A stretch of 64,000 nt of DNA from a virus. Below, in pieces: positions 1-9,709 of this stretch. Under the pieces are notes generated by a model that saw only the letters and a program-made list of their open reading frames with translations, was not told where the DNA came from and searched no databases. Numbering within the stretch: the first letter of the stretch is position 1; each line of letters opens with the position of its first letter. The position numbers and the translations under genes are program-made. The stretch spans positions 48,940 through 112,939 of the IMG/VR virus record IMGVR_UViG_3300044878_000082; one strand, given 5' to 3'.

Positions 1-78
1 TTCTTCGAAGTGACCTTCCGCCGAGTGGCCCGTGATACCTATATCGGTGCTAGCCCGGTTTCAATCGAATACCAGTAA
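1..78 (+). CDS. 3' end of a gene entering from upstream (partial)
   Basis: Frame 1 is open from base 1 (FFEVTFRRVARDTYIGASPVSIEYQ) to TAA at 76-78. Confidence 0.55.
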   Translation, partial: FFEVTFRRVARDTYIGASPVSIEYQ

Positions 79-105
79 TGCAACCTTTATTTAGGAAACG
101 TGCGA

Positions 106-549
106 ATGGCCGTTGAAAACGATGTAACTGATGTAGCTTTCCAACACGAGACTATCGTGAAGAACATGTATCAACTCAGTGCTGGTCCTTTACTGAGCTT
201 TCTCTCCAAGGTGTACAGTATCGACAAGGCACCGTTCACCGAGGAAACTGAAGCCGTCAAGACCCACATCTACTGGGGCTTTGATCGTACCTTCAACATC
301 CATCTTAAGAAATCCGATGGTCACGAGTGTATCTTCAAGATCATTCCAAGCCCTCGGTCGAATGATCGCATTCGCATTCAGTGTTCGGTCCCGATGTCGG
401 TCCTGAGTTCGAAACGTAAGAATAGTCAGGCAATTGGCCTACCGTACTGGTTCCACCGTTTGATCCTGTTGTACTCGAAGACTATTCGAACCAACAGACC
501 CGCAGAAGGCACCATGTTGCCACACTGCTCCTTCCCAACTTTCTTCTAA
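106..549 (+). CDS. Hypothetical protein
   Basis: ATG at 106 preceded by AGGA; no recognisable motif. Confidence 0.6.
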   Translation: MAVENDVTDVAFQHETIVKNMYQLSAGPLLSFLSKVYSIDKAPFTEETEAVKTHIYWGFDRTFNIHLKKSDGHECIFKIIPSPRSNDRIRIQCSVPMSVLSSKRKNSQAIGLPYWFHRLILLYSKTIRTNRPAEGTMLPHCSFPTFF

Positions 550-570
550 TCCCTAACCTGAGTAGGTTTT

Positions 571-975
571 ATGGCTCTCACAATTCTGCTTTTCAAAGAC
601 ACCCCGTTCGAAGACGTACACAGCCAAACCGAACATTTCCTGAGTCTGCTCAGCATCTGCGACGGCAAACACATCCGTGGCACCTGTAAGCACACCACGT
701 TCGACGTTGACGGGATTGTGCAACATGGTTACATCCTCGACATCGAAGACGAGGTCATCCACACCGACGACCTGTGGGTTATCTACGTGGGTCTCGAAAA
801 CGCGGTCGATCCCAAGTTCCGTGAACTGGGTACGGAAGTGTCGAACATGGTTGGTGCACCTATGCTGATCGGCTACGTAGTGGCTGGTAACGGCGTGCTT
901 CAATACAGTGGCGGCGCTAAGTACATCCGCGATCTCCACGCTACACATCGGCGGGCTGACATAGCCGCTGTCTAA
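571..975 (+). CDS. Hypothetical protein (134 aa)
   Basis: Co-directional with the upstream gene and followed by a terminator hairpin. Confidence 0.65.
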   Translation: MALTILLFKDTPFEDVHSQTEHFLSLLSICDGKHIRGTCKHTTFDVDGIVQHGYILDIEDEVIHTDDLWVIYVGLENAVDPKFRELGTEVSNMVGAPMLIGYVVAGNGVLQYSGGAKYIRDLHATHRRADIAAV

Positions 976-978
976 CAC

Positions 979-1034
979 ACGGCATAAAAGCAGGGGCTCG
1001 CACCCCTGCTTTTTTTTTTTGGCTTTTATGCCGT
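979..1034. terminator. Bidirectional terminator hairpin with GGCATA/TATGCC flanks
   Basis: AAAAGCAGGGG-CTCGCA-CCCCTGCT followed by a T run; outer 13-bp inverted repeat ACGGCATAAAAGC/GCTTTTATGCCGT; lies between convergent genes. Confidence 0.85.
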
Positions 1035-1035
1035 C

Positions 1036-3927
1036 TTAATGGTTGTCTTTCCGAGGACGCTTGCTGCGTTCCAAGAAGTCTGCCAGTGCACCACCACCGC
1101 CATTGGATTGACCCAAGTCGGCTTCTTCACTTACATCCTCCTCTTCTTCCTCAGCATCCGGTTCAGGCTCTTCTTCCTCTTCCTCAGAAGCGTCAGGTTC
1201 CTCCTCCCCTTCGGTGTCGTCTCCAGCGTCGGCATCATCACCGCCTCCTTCGTCGTCACCCATATCCCCTAGATCGTCATCTCCACCTAGGTCATCGTCG
1301 CCCATGTCATCATCGTCACCACCCATTCCGTCGTCATCGCCGGAAGAGTCGTCGCTGTAGTCATCACCGCCACTCGAACCACCACCTACTTCGATGTCCT
1401 TGTCAGCTTCCACAGCTTCAGTCAACTCGTTGCGTTTCTTTTGAGCTTCCGCAACTTGAATCATGTAACCTTGGATACTTGCCGCAATGGCATCAACGTG
1501 TTCGGTGTGAGTCGTGAGCAAGTCGATCATCGGGTGCTTCTCTTCCGTGAAGGTCACCAGATCAGCCAACTCAGGCATGACGTTGTTGTCACGCAACCAC
1601 TTACGTTTGAAGTGCGCCAACATGGCCGCCTTCACAACCTCTACCGAATCAGCTTGATCGCCCAACGAGGTACCATCGAGGAAGTCAGCGTTGAAGTATG
1701 CTTCGAGGCACTTCTCCAGACCTTCGATGTACTTGTCGTAAGCTTCCATCTGACGTTCCAGCGTAATGCTGTCTGGACGTGGTAAGGTTACGGTCAACGA
1801 GTTGATGAACTCTGCTACGATGGCATCAACATCCACGTTAACGTCGGTTGGGTCGTTGTCGTCAGCTTTCGCTGCGTCATCGGCCTTCTGCAACATCTTC
1901 TTGTTGGCTTCCACGGTCTTGCGGAGCTTGTCCATCAAGTTACCGGAGTTCAGCACGTACTTACGGATAAACTCACCCAACAGCGCGGTGAACTTGTCTT
2001 GGTACAACATCACTCGTTTGGTCAGCAACAGGTTCGAGGTCACAATAGAAGTAGCGAACTCAACGTTGTAGCCGTTGTCCACAGTCTCAGGCGACAAGCC
2101 CAAGGACATCAGGAACTGCTTCTTCAGGTTGTCTTCGAGGTCAGTGTTCGGTGCAGCTACTGAACGTTGACGGTCTTCAACTTCCATCCGAGTCTCAGGA
2201 TACGCAGGAGAACCCTGGACGTTCAAGTCAACGCCTGCGTTTTGCAGGAAGTTAACAATGTCCACAGGAGAAGACGCACCCAGTGGGTACGACGCCTGAC
2301 GAGTCTGAGTGTAGTTGTGGACGAGCTTCTCGACAGTACCAGACGGATCTGGGTCAGCCGGATCGAGTGTAATGTTCAGACCCGTGTGAGGGGTCGAGTT
2401 CTTGATAGCCGCCATGGTGTTGGACAGCATCATCATTACACGCAACGAAGCGAGGATCTTGTTGTCTTCGAGCAGCGACTTACCCACGCCGTAGCGGTTG
2501 TAGTCAAAGGCGAAGTACGTAACCAGTTCCGCAGGCACGAACAGCAACTGAGTGGACATGTTGGCAAAGGTACGCGCCAGCATGATACGGTACACTTCCA
2601 ACGGACGAGAGATCTCGATGTTGTCGGCGTAGATACCGTTTCGCAGACGAGCGATCAGGTCTTCCTCTACGAGCTGTGCGTAGATCCGTGTGGCTTCTTC
2701 GGTGTCGATGTCCGAACGTTGTTGGTAGCCTTCAACCGTACGTTGACCTTGGGAGATCAACTGACTGGCCATGTCCTTGTTGATGGACATGTTCATGTTC
2801 AGATCGTTGTAGTACTCAGACCGGTTAGCCTTCACCACTGGGTTGCCTTGTGGATCGAGAATCACAAAGTAGCCGATGTGTTCATCAGGCGAGCCTGGAA
2901 CGTGTACGGGGATGATCGACTCTGACGGCAGACGCATGACCAGTGGGTGACCCACGGTAGCACGTTTGATCTGCTCACCAGTCTTCACACCTACAACTGG
3001 ACGAGCCGCTTGCAGACGGGGACGGTAGAACGACATTTCGATGTCATCACGAGACACCTCATTGTTGGACTCCATACCAAAGCCTTGACGCTTAAAGGTA
3101 GCCGCCAAATGCTTACGACGTTGCAGCTCGTGGACGAACGGAGCCTTCAACAGATCCGGGTTGTCCGAGACCGAGATCTTGGTGTCAAACCCTTTCTTCG
3201 CCAGACGTGGACGCAGCATCCGGAAGTTCTGGGTGTAGTACTGGTTCATGTCCTCCATGGACACTTTCATGCGGTTCTTCGGTACGGACTTACCGTCTTC
3301 GAAGGTGGAGTCACCCAAAACGCCGATGGAGAAGTTGAACAGACCACTGGTGTCAACCCGGCCTTCCATACCTACACCGGCACGTTCCCCGTTGATGATT
3401 TCATCCACAGATGACTCTGGAATGATCATTACAGGGTAGGAGCCCTTCTTAAACAGGACGTCTGACAAAATACCCGGCAGTTGGGGATCTATTTTATAGA
3501 CTTTGGTGAAAAATTCTTCGACTACACTGAGGAGTACACCAGTGATCTCCCCCTTCAAAGAAGACTCGTTACAGACGTAGTTCAACTCCGTCGTAACCAT
3601 GTCTTTCGGCGAAAGGATACTGCTGACCAGAATCTGTTCTGCCAGCTCGGTATCTGGGAGCATCTGGTAAAGGTTTTCTGCATCGGTCACGTTACCGGCG
3701 GTAATGTCCGAGACTTTATTCAGATAACCAGTTGTGGGGATGTCGACGCCTCGTGAGGGACTGACGGAGTTGCTGTTCCCCAGTGACTCATTGTTCCTTA
3801 CAAGTTTGCTAACAACAGCGGTGGCTAGGGGCTTCTTCTTGAGCAGCCCGAGTTTCTCGAAACGCCGCTTTTGACTATCCAGCCCCAGCATTTGTAGCTG
3901 GTTAGAGTCAGAATCAGAACCAGACAT
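1036..3927 (-). CDS. Portal protein (phiKZ gp129-like) with long acidic C-terminal tail
   Basis: 963 aa; LPDTELAEQILVSSILSPKDM, HPLVMRLPSESIIPVHVPG and GLSPETVD segments recalled from phiKZ-like portals; divergent from a gp128-like gene; D/E/G-rich C-terminus. Confidence 0.8.
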   Translation of the reverse strand: MSGSDSDSNQLQMLGLDSQKRRFEKLGLLKKKPLATAVVSKLVRNNESLGNSNSVSPSRGVDIPTTGYLNKVSDITAGNVTDAENLYQMLPDTELAEQILVSSILSPKDMVTTELNYVCNESSLKGEITGVLLSVVEEFFTKVYKIDPQLPGILSDVLFKKGSYPVMIIPESSVDEIINGERAGVGMEGRVDTSGLFNFSIGVLGDSTFEDGKSVPKNRMKVSMEDMNQYYTQNFRMLRPRLAKKGFDTKISVSDNPDLLKAPFVHELQRRKHLAATFKRQGFGMESNNEVSRDDIEMSFYRPRLQAARPVVGVKTGEQIKRATVGHPLVMRLPSESIIPVHVPGSPDEHIGYFVILDPQGNPVVKANRSEYYNDLNMNMSINKDMASQLISQGQRTVEGYQQRSDIDTEEATRIYAQLVEEDLIARLRNGIYADNIEISRPLEVYRIMLARTFANMSTQLLFVPAELVTYFAFDYNRYGVGKSLLEDNKILASLRVMMMLSNTMAAIKNSTPHTGLNITLDPADPDPSGTVEKLVHNYTQTRQASYPLGASSPVDIVNFLQNAGVDLNVQGSPAYPETRMEVEDRQRSVAAPNTDLEDNLKKQFLMSLGLSPETVDNGYNVEFATSIVTSNLLLTKRVMLYQDKFTALLGEFIRKYVLNSGNLMDKLRKTVEANKKMLQKADDAAKADDNDPTDVNVDVDAIVAEFINSLTVTLPRPDSITLERQMEAYDKYIEGLEKCLEAYFNADFLDGTSLGDQADSVEVVKAAMLAHFKRKWLRDNNVMPELADLVTFTEEKHPMIDLLTTHTEHVDAIAASIQGYMIQVAEAQKKRNELTEAVEADKDIEVGGGSSGGDDYSDDSSGDDDGMGGDDDDMGDDDLGGDDDLGDMGDDEGGGDDADAGDDTEGEEEPDASEEEEEEPEPDAEEEEEDVSEEADLGQSNGGGGALADFLERSKRPRKDNH

Positions 3928-3974
3928 TATACAACTCCCAGTGACGTTTTAAAAGTTGATTGGAGGACCTAGAC

Positions 3975-6806
3975 GTGTCCAACGCTTACTATAGACTCTA
4001 CGTTGACTCCATGATTCTCATGGCGAAAACGATTGTCATCAAGAGTGAAGCGACTGCTAACGCGATGAACGTTGGGTTGAACGAACGGGGACTGGACGTT
4101 GATGAAAACGATCCAACCACCTGGAAGTACTACCTCAACCTGTCGGGACGTTATCATTCGACTGACACACCGATGACAGTGACGTCGTTGGATACTCGTG
4201 AAGAGATTCCATTCGATGTCCAAACGCTTTCAGTACATCGCAGAACTTTGCGGGACTACGCTTTCGGTACACGTTTCTATGAGCAATTGGTTAACCGGTA
4301 CCCTGAGCAGAGAGATCTGATTCACGGTATCTTGAATCCGGTGGACATTGACGTAGCGATAGCCGCACCAGATGGTAAGATCCTCTACATCGACCAGTTC
4401 CTGATCGAAGAGAACGAAACCAACTTGGTGAGCCAGATCCAAGACCGCATCGACGCATTCATGCTACGGTACAACGTGGCTGAGTTCGTTATGGTTGACG
4501 ACCTCTATCCAGCCGCTCACTTGGCGCTACTGTTCTTAAATTTACCCCTGTTCATTGAGGACGCACGACTCACGAACTGTCATACGGAACAGGTTCACAG
4601 TTTCCATATTCGACAGTACCTGGCCAGTCACGGGAGACTGGACACGTATATCTCCCACCTCGACAAAGAGCAGATGCTCTTCCTTTATAGGAACATTCTG
4701 TACATCCAGCGCAACGCTGGTAAACAGGATACCTTCGAGTGGTTGATCGACAAAATCATGACACACCGCATGTTACCGGTGGCTGAGTTCAATTTACATC
4801 ATAACGTAAGTGAGCAGCCGGACAACTTGTACCCGACGGTGGAAGTAAAGCGTGTTGACCTGACGCGCTTTAAGAGTGGCAACCCGATCGACACGTTCTC
4901 TGTGGAAGAGATCTGTAACCGAGCAGCGTTTGTAGCGCCCGGTAACTACGATCAACTCGACGCTACGATTGCTAAAGTCACCGACCAGATGACCCACAGC
5001 TCTAGTAACAAACTCAAGACCAAAATGCTTGAGTCTTCCGTCGTCGACCGCAGTAACGATTACGCCCTCACGTTCTCAGACGTGTTGCTGAACCACTGGC
5101 TGTACTTTGCTCAAGAAGGTTGGTACAAGACGATCATCTCGTTTGACAACCCCCTGACTGGCGATCAGTTGTGGTACAGCGCGAAAGATGCGTTCATCTT
5201 GTGGATCTACGCCCTCAACCGTTCTCTGGGTCAAGACCTGACTTGGGTTCCAAATCCTGACGCGGTGATGGTGCGTAAACAGTTCCTCCCGACCCGTGCT
5301 GACCTACGTAAGATCACCGAGTCCAAGCGTGTCCCTGACTCTGTACTGGATGCTTTGCTGAAAGACCAACCCGTCTTGAATGACTTGGTCTCGGTGGAAG
5401 CGTTCTACGACAAGTGTGTTCAGATCCACCATGCGTGGAAAGAGCACAACTGGATCTACACCAGTCAGGAACATTACGAGGCCCGTGGTCAAGCCGAAGC
5501 GGCTGCACTACACCTGTACCAGAACAAGAACTGTCAGCTCGATAACGGCACGCCGATTACCTACGACCAATGGTTGCGGGAACATCAGCTTGACGTCACC
5601 AACTTCTCTAAAGCGGAGTTTGAGCTGTTAGCGGCTAACCTGCTGGCACTATCCACCGGTACCAACTTACACGTCACAGTGAGCTTAGAAGAGCTTCAGG
5701 CCGCAATGATTCGCCTGATGACTCAACTGAGCAGTTACTCGGTGCAATTCCTTCGGGAGCTGCGCGGTACTAACATGATCTCACTGAACTGGTCGGCTAT
5801 TCGACAAGGTGACGATGACGGTCAGGGTGAGGGTCACATGTACGTGCACGAGGCTAACGTCTACGTGCAAAACATGGATGGTAAGGGTAGCCACTATCAA
5901 GCCGAGACGCTGGACAACGCTACGTTTGAAATCACGAACAGCGCTGGCGAACACGGCGACAGTGGCAAGTACGACAACACGGTTAACTTCGCGTCTGACG
6001 GTTACTCCAAGTTCAAGATGCGTTTGACAATCCCGACCATCTACTGTTCGGTACCGGATGTCAAACCGCTAGAGCTGGACGACGTCATCAACCAGCAAGC
6101 TATTCCGGAATACCTGTACCTGCGGATGGCACCACCGAACATCGGTAACTACATCCACATCAACACGGTTCTGACTGAAACTGACCTTGACGGGTTTGTG
6201 TACTCACCGACTCCGGTGATTCCATGGGCCGACGTAACGTTGAATGGTTTCGACTACCCACTGTTCGATGAGACCGCACTCAACCTGAAAGACTTGACCG
6301 GTTTCGACTACGACGTGATCCCTGTGGATAAGTTGTTGTTGGCTAACCAACTGAGTGGGTTCGAGTACGAGGTGTTGGGTGTTAAGCTGGCGCTGACCAA
6401 CTACCTAGGTGGGTTTGAATACGCCACCATCGACGGCAGACTGTCACTCTCGACGAACCAGTCTGGGTTTGACTACCGTGAGACACCGGTTCCTCCACTG
6501 GATCTGAACCTAGAGCTGAGTGGACTGGAATACAACCCGGTTGTGTTGGAGTTGGATCTGTTGGACGGCTTGGCGGGCTTGGAATATGAAGTTCCAGCCA
6601 AACGTCTGAACCTGAACACCAACCTCAACGGTTATGACTACCCAGTTGCTGATGATCCACTGTTCATCAACTTGGGCGACTTCGATTACATCCCTGATCT
6701 GTCTAACCTGATACTACGCACCCGCTTGCCGGGCTTGGTGTTGAGGCAGGATGATGTTCCGAAGATGCGTCTTAACGGCTTGGTGTTGAATCCGCCACTC
6801 GAGTAA
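3975..6806 (+). CDS. Virion structural protein (phiKZ gp128-like) with C-terminal LxG(F/L)xY repeats
   Basis: GTG at 3975 after GGAGGA; TWKYYLNLSGRYH, CHTEQVHSFHIRQYLASH and MTQLSSYSVQF motifs typical of the family. Confidence 0.8.
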   Translation: MSNAYYRLYVDSMILMAKTIVIKSEATANAMNVGLNERGLDVDENDPTTWKYYLNLSGRYHSTDTPMTVTSLDTREEIPFDVQTLSVHRRTLRDYAFGTRFYEQLVNRYPEQRDLIHGILNPVDIDVAIAAPDGKILYIDQFLIEENETNLVSQIQDRIDAFMLRYNVAEFVMVDDLYPAAHLALLFLNLPLFIEDARLTNCHTEQVHSFHIRQYLASHGRLDTYISHLDKEQMLFLYRNILYIQRNAGKQDTFEWLIDKIMTHRMLPVAEFNLHHNVSEQPDNLYPTVEVKRVDLTRFKSGNPIDTFSVEEICNRAAFVAPGNYDQLDATIAKVTDQMTHSSSNKLKTKMLESSVVDRSNDYALTFSDVLLNHWLYFAQEGWYKTIISFDNPLTGDQLWYSAKDAFILWIYALNRSLGQDLTWVPNPDAVMVRKQFLPTRADLRKITESKRVPDSVLDALLKDQPVLNDLVSVEAFYDKCVQIHHAWKEHNWIYTSQEHYEARGQAEAAALHLYQNKNCQLDNGTPITYDQWLREHQLDVTNFSKAEFELLAANLLALSTGTNLHVTVSLEELQAAMIRLMTQLSSYSVQFLRELRGTNMISLNWSAIRQGDDDGQGEGHMYVHEANVYVQNMDGKGSHYQAETLDNATFEITNSAGEHGDSGKYDNTVNFASDGYSKFKMRLTIPTIYCSVPDVKPLELDDVINQQAIPEYLYLRMAPPNIGNYIHINTVLTETDLDGFVYSPTPVIPWADVTLNGFDYPLFDETALNLKDLTGFDYDVIPVDKLLLANQLSGFEYEVLGVKLALTNYLGGFEYATIDGRLSLSTNQSGFDYRETPVPPLDLNLELSGLEYNPVVLELDLLDGLAGLEYEVPAKRLNLNTNLNGYDYPVADDPLFINLGDFDYIPDLSNLILRTRLPGLVLRQDDVPKMRLNGLVLNPPLE

Positions 6807-6814
6807 CTTACCGT

Positions 6815-6866
6815 GGACTCTCACACATCCTTTTAACCGAGGGTGTGTGGAGTCCTTTCTTTTTTT
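6815..6866 (+). terminator. Intrinsic terminator
   Basis: GGACTC-TCACACA...TGTGTG-GAGTCC stem followed by TTTCTTTTTT. Confidence 0.75.
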
Positions 6867-6884
6867 GTCTGAGGAGTGAAGATA

Positions 6885-8135
6885 GTGCTTGACACAATCG
6901 GTTTGCTCACCTTATCTCCTCGAGCGGCTTTGCTGGAACTGATCAACTCGCGGAATGACGTACAGTTACAGGATGACTGGATTGCCATCTTGAACCCTAC
7001 GGTTGTCTCGGGTCGTGAAACCGAAGTGACGCTCAAGGTGCGAAAGAGCTTTGATCCGTTCGCCCCCGTTCCGTTTCAAGGGGAGACCAAATTCACCTAT
7101 AACCGTTTGGACATCACAGAGTTCTTCATGGGTGCGAAGATCAACCTGACGATGCCCTTACCGACGACTACCAGTGCGTTCTTGGAGGTGTTGACCAACG
7201 AGTACGGCTACGTGTTTGATTCGGATGATTTCTATGAAGACATCATTACTGTGGCCAATGCTCATGGCTATCGGTTGCGTGCTACTCCTCGTTCTCTACG
7301 GTGGATTGGGGAGTACGCTGTAAACCTGATGCCTCGGGAAGACCTCGAACTGATGGCTAAGGTAACGGACTTGGGTTCCTTGAATCCAGTGCTGCACCAA
7401 GGGCGTCCGTTTGTCACCCACAACAAACCGTTCACTGACGGTCTCTACTACGGTAGTTACCTCAAGAACATCCGTAAAGGGGTGATCGTTGACGGTGTGT
7501 ACCTCGCCAGCATCATGGGGAGCATCTATTCCGGCCTCAACGTGGGCGTAGGGAAGACTTGGACGTACAGTCCTACTGCTGGGCCTAAGAACCTTTACGG
7601 TGCTCAGGTGAAGTATAACGGACATGTGGAGGACATTGGGGCTGTTCCGTACAACAAGAACGCCACCAAGGTTTTGATCATCGAGCTGAACCCGACGCTC
7701 TGTACAGACGTCGCCGGTACACTCGTCATCTATTACAACTCCCGCATCAACGTGGTGATTCCAGAGTTCCCGATTGTCTACAAGCAACCGGCTGAACTGT
7801 TGGGTCTGGGTCAAGTCCACGGGCACAGCTACCCTGCACAGATTGTCCAGTATCCATCGGACTACGAGTTCAAAACTGACGGGTTGAACATCGACTTCTT
7901 GAACACGATTTATCGTCAAGAGAATGCGGTGGGCGAAGATCGCTTTAAGTGTGTGAAGCGTCCGTCGCTGAATAACCTCTACGGGGCGAAGGTGTTGTTC
8001 AACGGGTACAACCGGAAGTGGCCTGAAGCATACAACGTGTACTTCGGTTACATCTGGGTGATCCAACTCAACGAGCAGTACTGTACGAACCTACGGGGCA
8101 ACCTGTTGATCCACTATAACCTGTCGAAGCTGTAA
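6885..8135 (+). CDS. Virion structural protein (FTYNRLD family, gp130-like) with duplicated C-terminal domain
   Basis: FTYNRLD and SLRWIG motifs; two copies of NLYGA(Q/K)V..NG...L...CT...G.L.I.YN; GTG at 6885 has better RBS spacing than 6876. Confidence 0.7.
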   Translation: MLDTIGLLTLSPRAALLELINSRNDVQLQDDWIAILNPTVVSGRETEVTLKVRKSFDPFAPVPFQGETKFTYNRLDITEFFMGAKINLTMPLPTTTSAFLEVLTNEYGYVFDSDDFYEDIITVANAHGYRLRATPRSLRWIGEYAVNLMPREDLELMAKVTDLGSLNPVLHQGRPFVTHNKPFTDGLYYGSYLKNIRKGVIVDGVYLASIMGSIYSGLNVGVGKTWTYSPTAGPKNLYGAQVKYNGHVEDIGAVPYNKNATKVLIIELNPTLCTDVAGTLVIYYNSRINVVIPEFPIVYKQPAELLGLGQVHGHSYPAQIVQYPSDYEFKTDGLNIDFLNTIYRQENAVGEDRFKCVKRPSLNNLYGAKVLFNGYNRKWPEAYNVYFGYIWVIQLNEQYCTNLRGNLLIHYNLSKL

Positions 8136-8146
8136 GGAGTCTCACT

Positions 8147-8719
8147 GTGTTGGAATTAGCAACTGTTTTAAAGAGCACGGGCAATGAGACTCTGGTCGCG
8201 TTGTTCCAAGACTCGAATGACGTCTATCTGGACATGGGTCACTTAGACCTGACTTACTCCAGTGCTGCGGACACGATCAACGTCGTCGCTACGGCTCGTG
8301 TGACGGCTCTGGATGGTACGGCGGGTAAGTACAAAGGGGCGTTCACCGTGAAGTATAAACGCGGTAACGTGACGGCACTGATGAACGGTGTGGTGCAACT
8401 CCCTTTCCCTGCGGTGTTCCCATTCACCTTCGCTACCCTCAAGGCGGGTCTCAAAGCCCAGTACGGTTTGGTTATCGAGGCACAGGACGTGTTGATCCCC
8501 AATACGACCACGGTGATGACTGACGCTACTTCGATCACGGCTGGTATGGCGGTGTCGGGTGTGGTGGAACTGAAGGTGGCTGATAAGTCTCCTCGGTTCA
8601 TTCCGAAGTCGGCGAATGGTGGTAGCTTCTTCATTAAAGTGGTTGACCCTGCGGGCGGTCAATTGGATTACTTGGCGGGCACTACGACGCTGGGTTCTGT
8701 CACTACGATGGACGCTTAA
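8147..8719 (+). CDS. Virion structural protein, probable paralog of the upstream N-terminal domain
   Basis: AAGGAG RBS; G.FTVKYKR and YGLVIE..D resemble GETKFTYNR and YGYVFDSDD upstream. Confidence 0.6.
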   Translation: MLELATVLKSTGNETLVALFQDSNDVYLDMGHLDLTYSSAADTINVVATARVTALDGTAGKYKGAFTVKYKRGNVTALMNGVVQLPFPAVFPFTFATLKAGLKAQYGLVIEAQDVLIPNTTTVMTDATSITAGMAVSGVVELKVADKSPRFIPKSANGGSFFIKVVDPAGGQLDYLAGTTTLGSVTTMDA

Positions 8720-8721
8720 AG

Positions 8722-8753
8722 TAGAGGGAGGCTTCGGCCTCCTTCTATGCCGT
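8722..8753 (+). terminator. Hairpin followed by TATGCCGT
   Basis: TAGAGGGAGGC-TTCG-GCCTCCTTCTA-TGCCGT; no U-tract. Confidence 0.75.
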
Positions 8754-8836
8754 TATGTACAGTTATACTGTGAACCAGATTAATTTAGTTGGCCCTGTGT
8801 CGACTCTGTCACTCCTTGTTGATAAAGGTTTTTCAA

Positions 8837-9703
8837 ATGAAAACGATTACCCGTAGTGTCTGGGGTTCATCCCTTCAGACCTCTTTGCTTCTGGGTCAAC
8901 GCCCAACGATTCTGGACCACACCACGCTTAACGAGAAGTTCAATGTCTTCCCAGACGAAGAACTCAGCCTAACTGAGCGACCGGCCATGCAGTACTACTG
9001 TATCGGCAACGGTGGCCACAAGAACATGGTAGGCGCCGATGGGGTTCCTTACACATCTCCTTTGCCACACCGAGCTTCCGACGCTGCTCTGTATCGTCAC
9101 TTGCCTTTTGTACTGCGCCGTGTCGATAATGACCTAGACGTCATTGCGCGTGGTCGTTACGCACTGCGTGTCCTGCTGACCATCGGTGGCGTGAACTACT
9201 GGGCTTACTACCTCAAGCGCATCAGCTTGTCGAACACCGCCCCGGCCATCAACCACACCATCGTCGACGGTGACCAGAAGTCCACCGAACCGTACGTGCC
9301 GAACCTGGCCAACCTGAACCCGACGCCACCTGTGATGTCGAACACCGGTGTGATCAGTTCGTCTGGCGACTACCTGTCGACCTCGAGCATCCTGACGCTG
9401 ATCTTCAGCGAAGCCGACGTGAAAGAACTGATCGACGCTTGCCGCATCATGTTCGACAACGAAGCCTACGCTGTGATCTCCGAGATCGGCCTGTGCTCCG
9501 GTATGGATCGCACCCTGACCGTGCCGGGTCCTGGTAACACGCAATTCAACATGAAAGAAGTGATCGCCTGTCAGATCAACTCCTTCATCACCACTCACCA
9601 CTCCGTAGCCTTCACCAACAAAGGCTTCACTCAGGACATCGAACTGGGTGCTACCGAGCCGTTGCTGTCTGACGCCGACTACGTGAGTGCTAACAACGGT
9701 TAA
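8837..9703 (+). CDS. Virion structural protein (phiKZ gp139-like)
   Basis: TTLNEKF, YYCIGNGGH, PFVLR..DNDL, YWAYYLKRI, ISEIGLCSG and ELGATEPL motifs. Confidence 0.8.
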   Translation: MKTITRSVWGSSLQTSLLLGQRPTILDHTTLNEKFNVFPDEELSLTERPAMQYYCIGNGGHKNMVGADGVPYTSPLPHRASDAALYRHLPFVLRRVDNDLDVIARGRYALRVLLTIGGVNYWAYYLKRISLSNTAPAINHTIVDGDQKSTEPYVPNLANLNPTPPVMSNTGVISSSGDYLSTSSILTLIFSEADVKELIDACRIMFDNEAYAVISEIGLCSGMDRTLTVPGPGNTQFNMKEVIACQINSFITTHHSVAFTNKGFTQDIELGATEPLLSDADYVSANNG

Positions 9704-9709
9704 TCGCTT

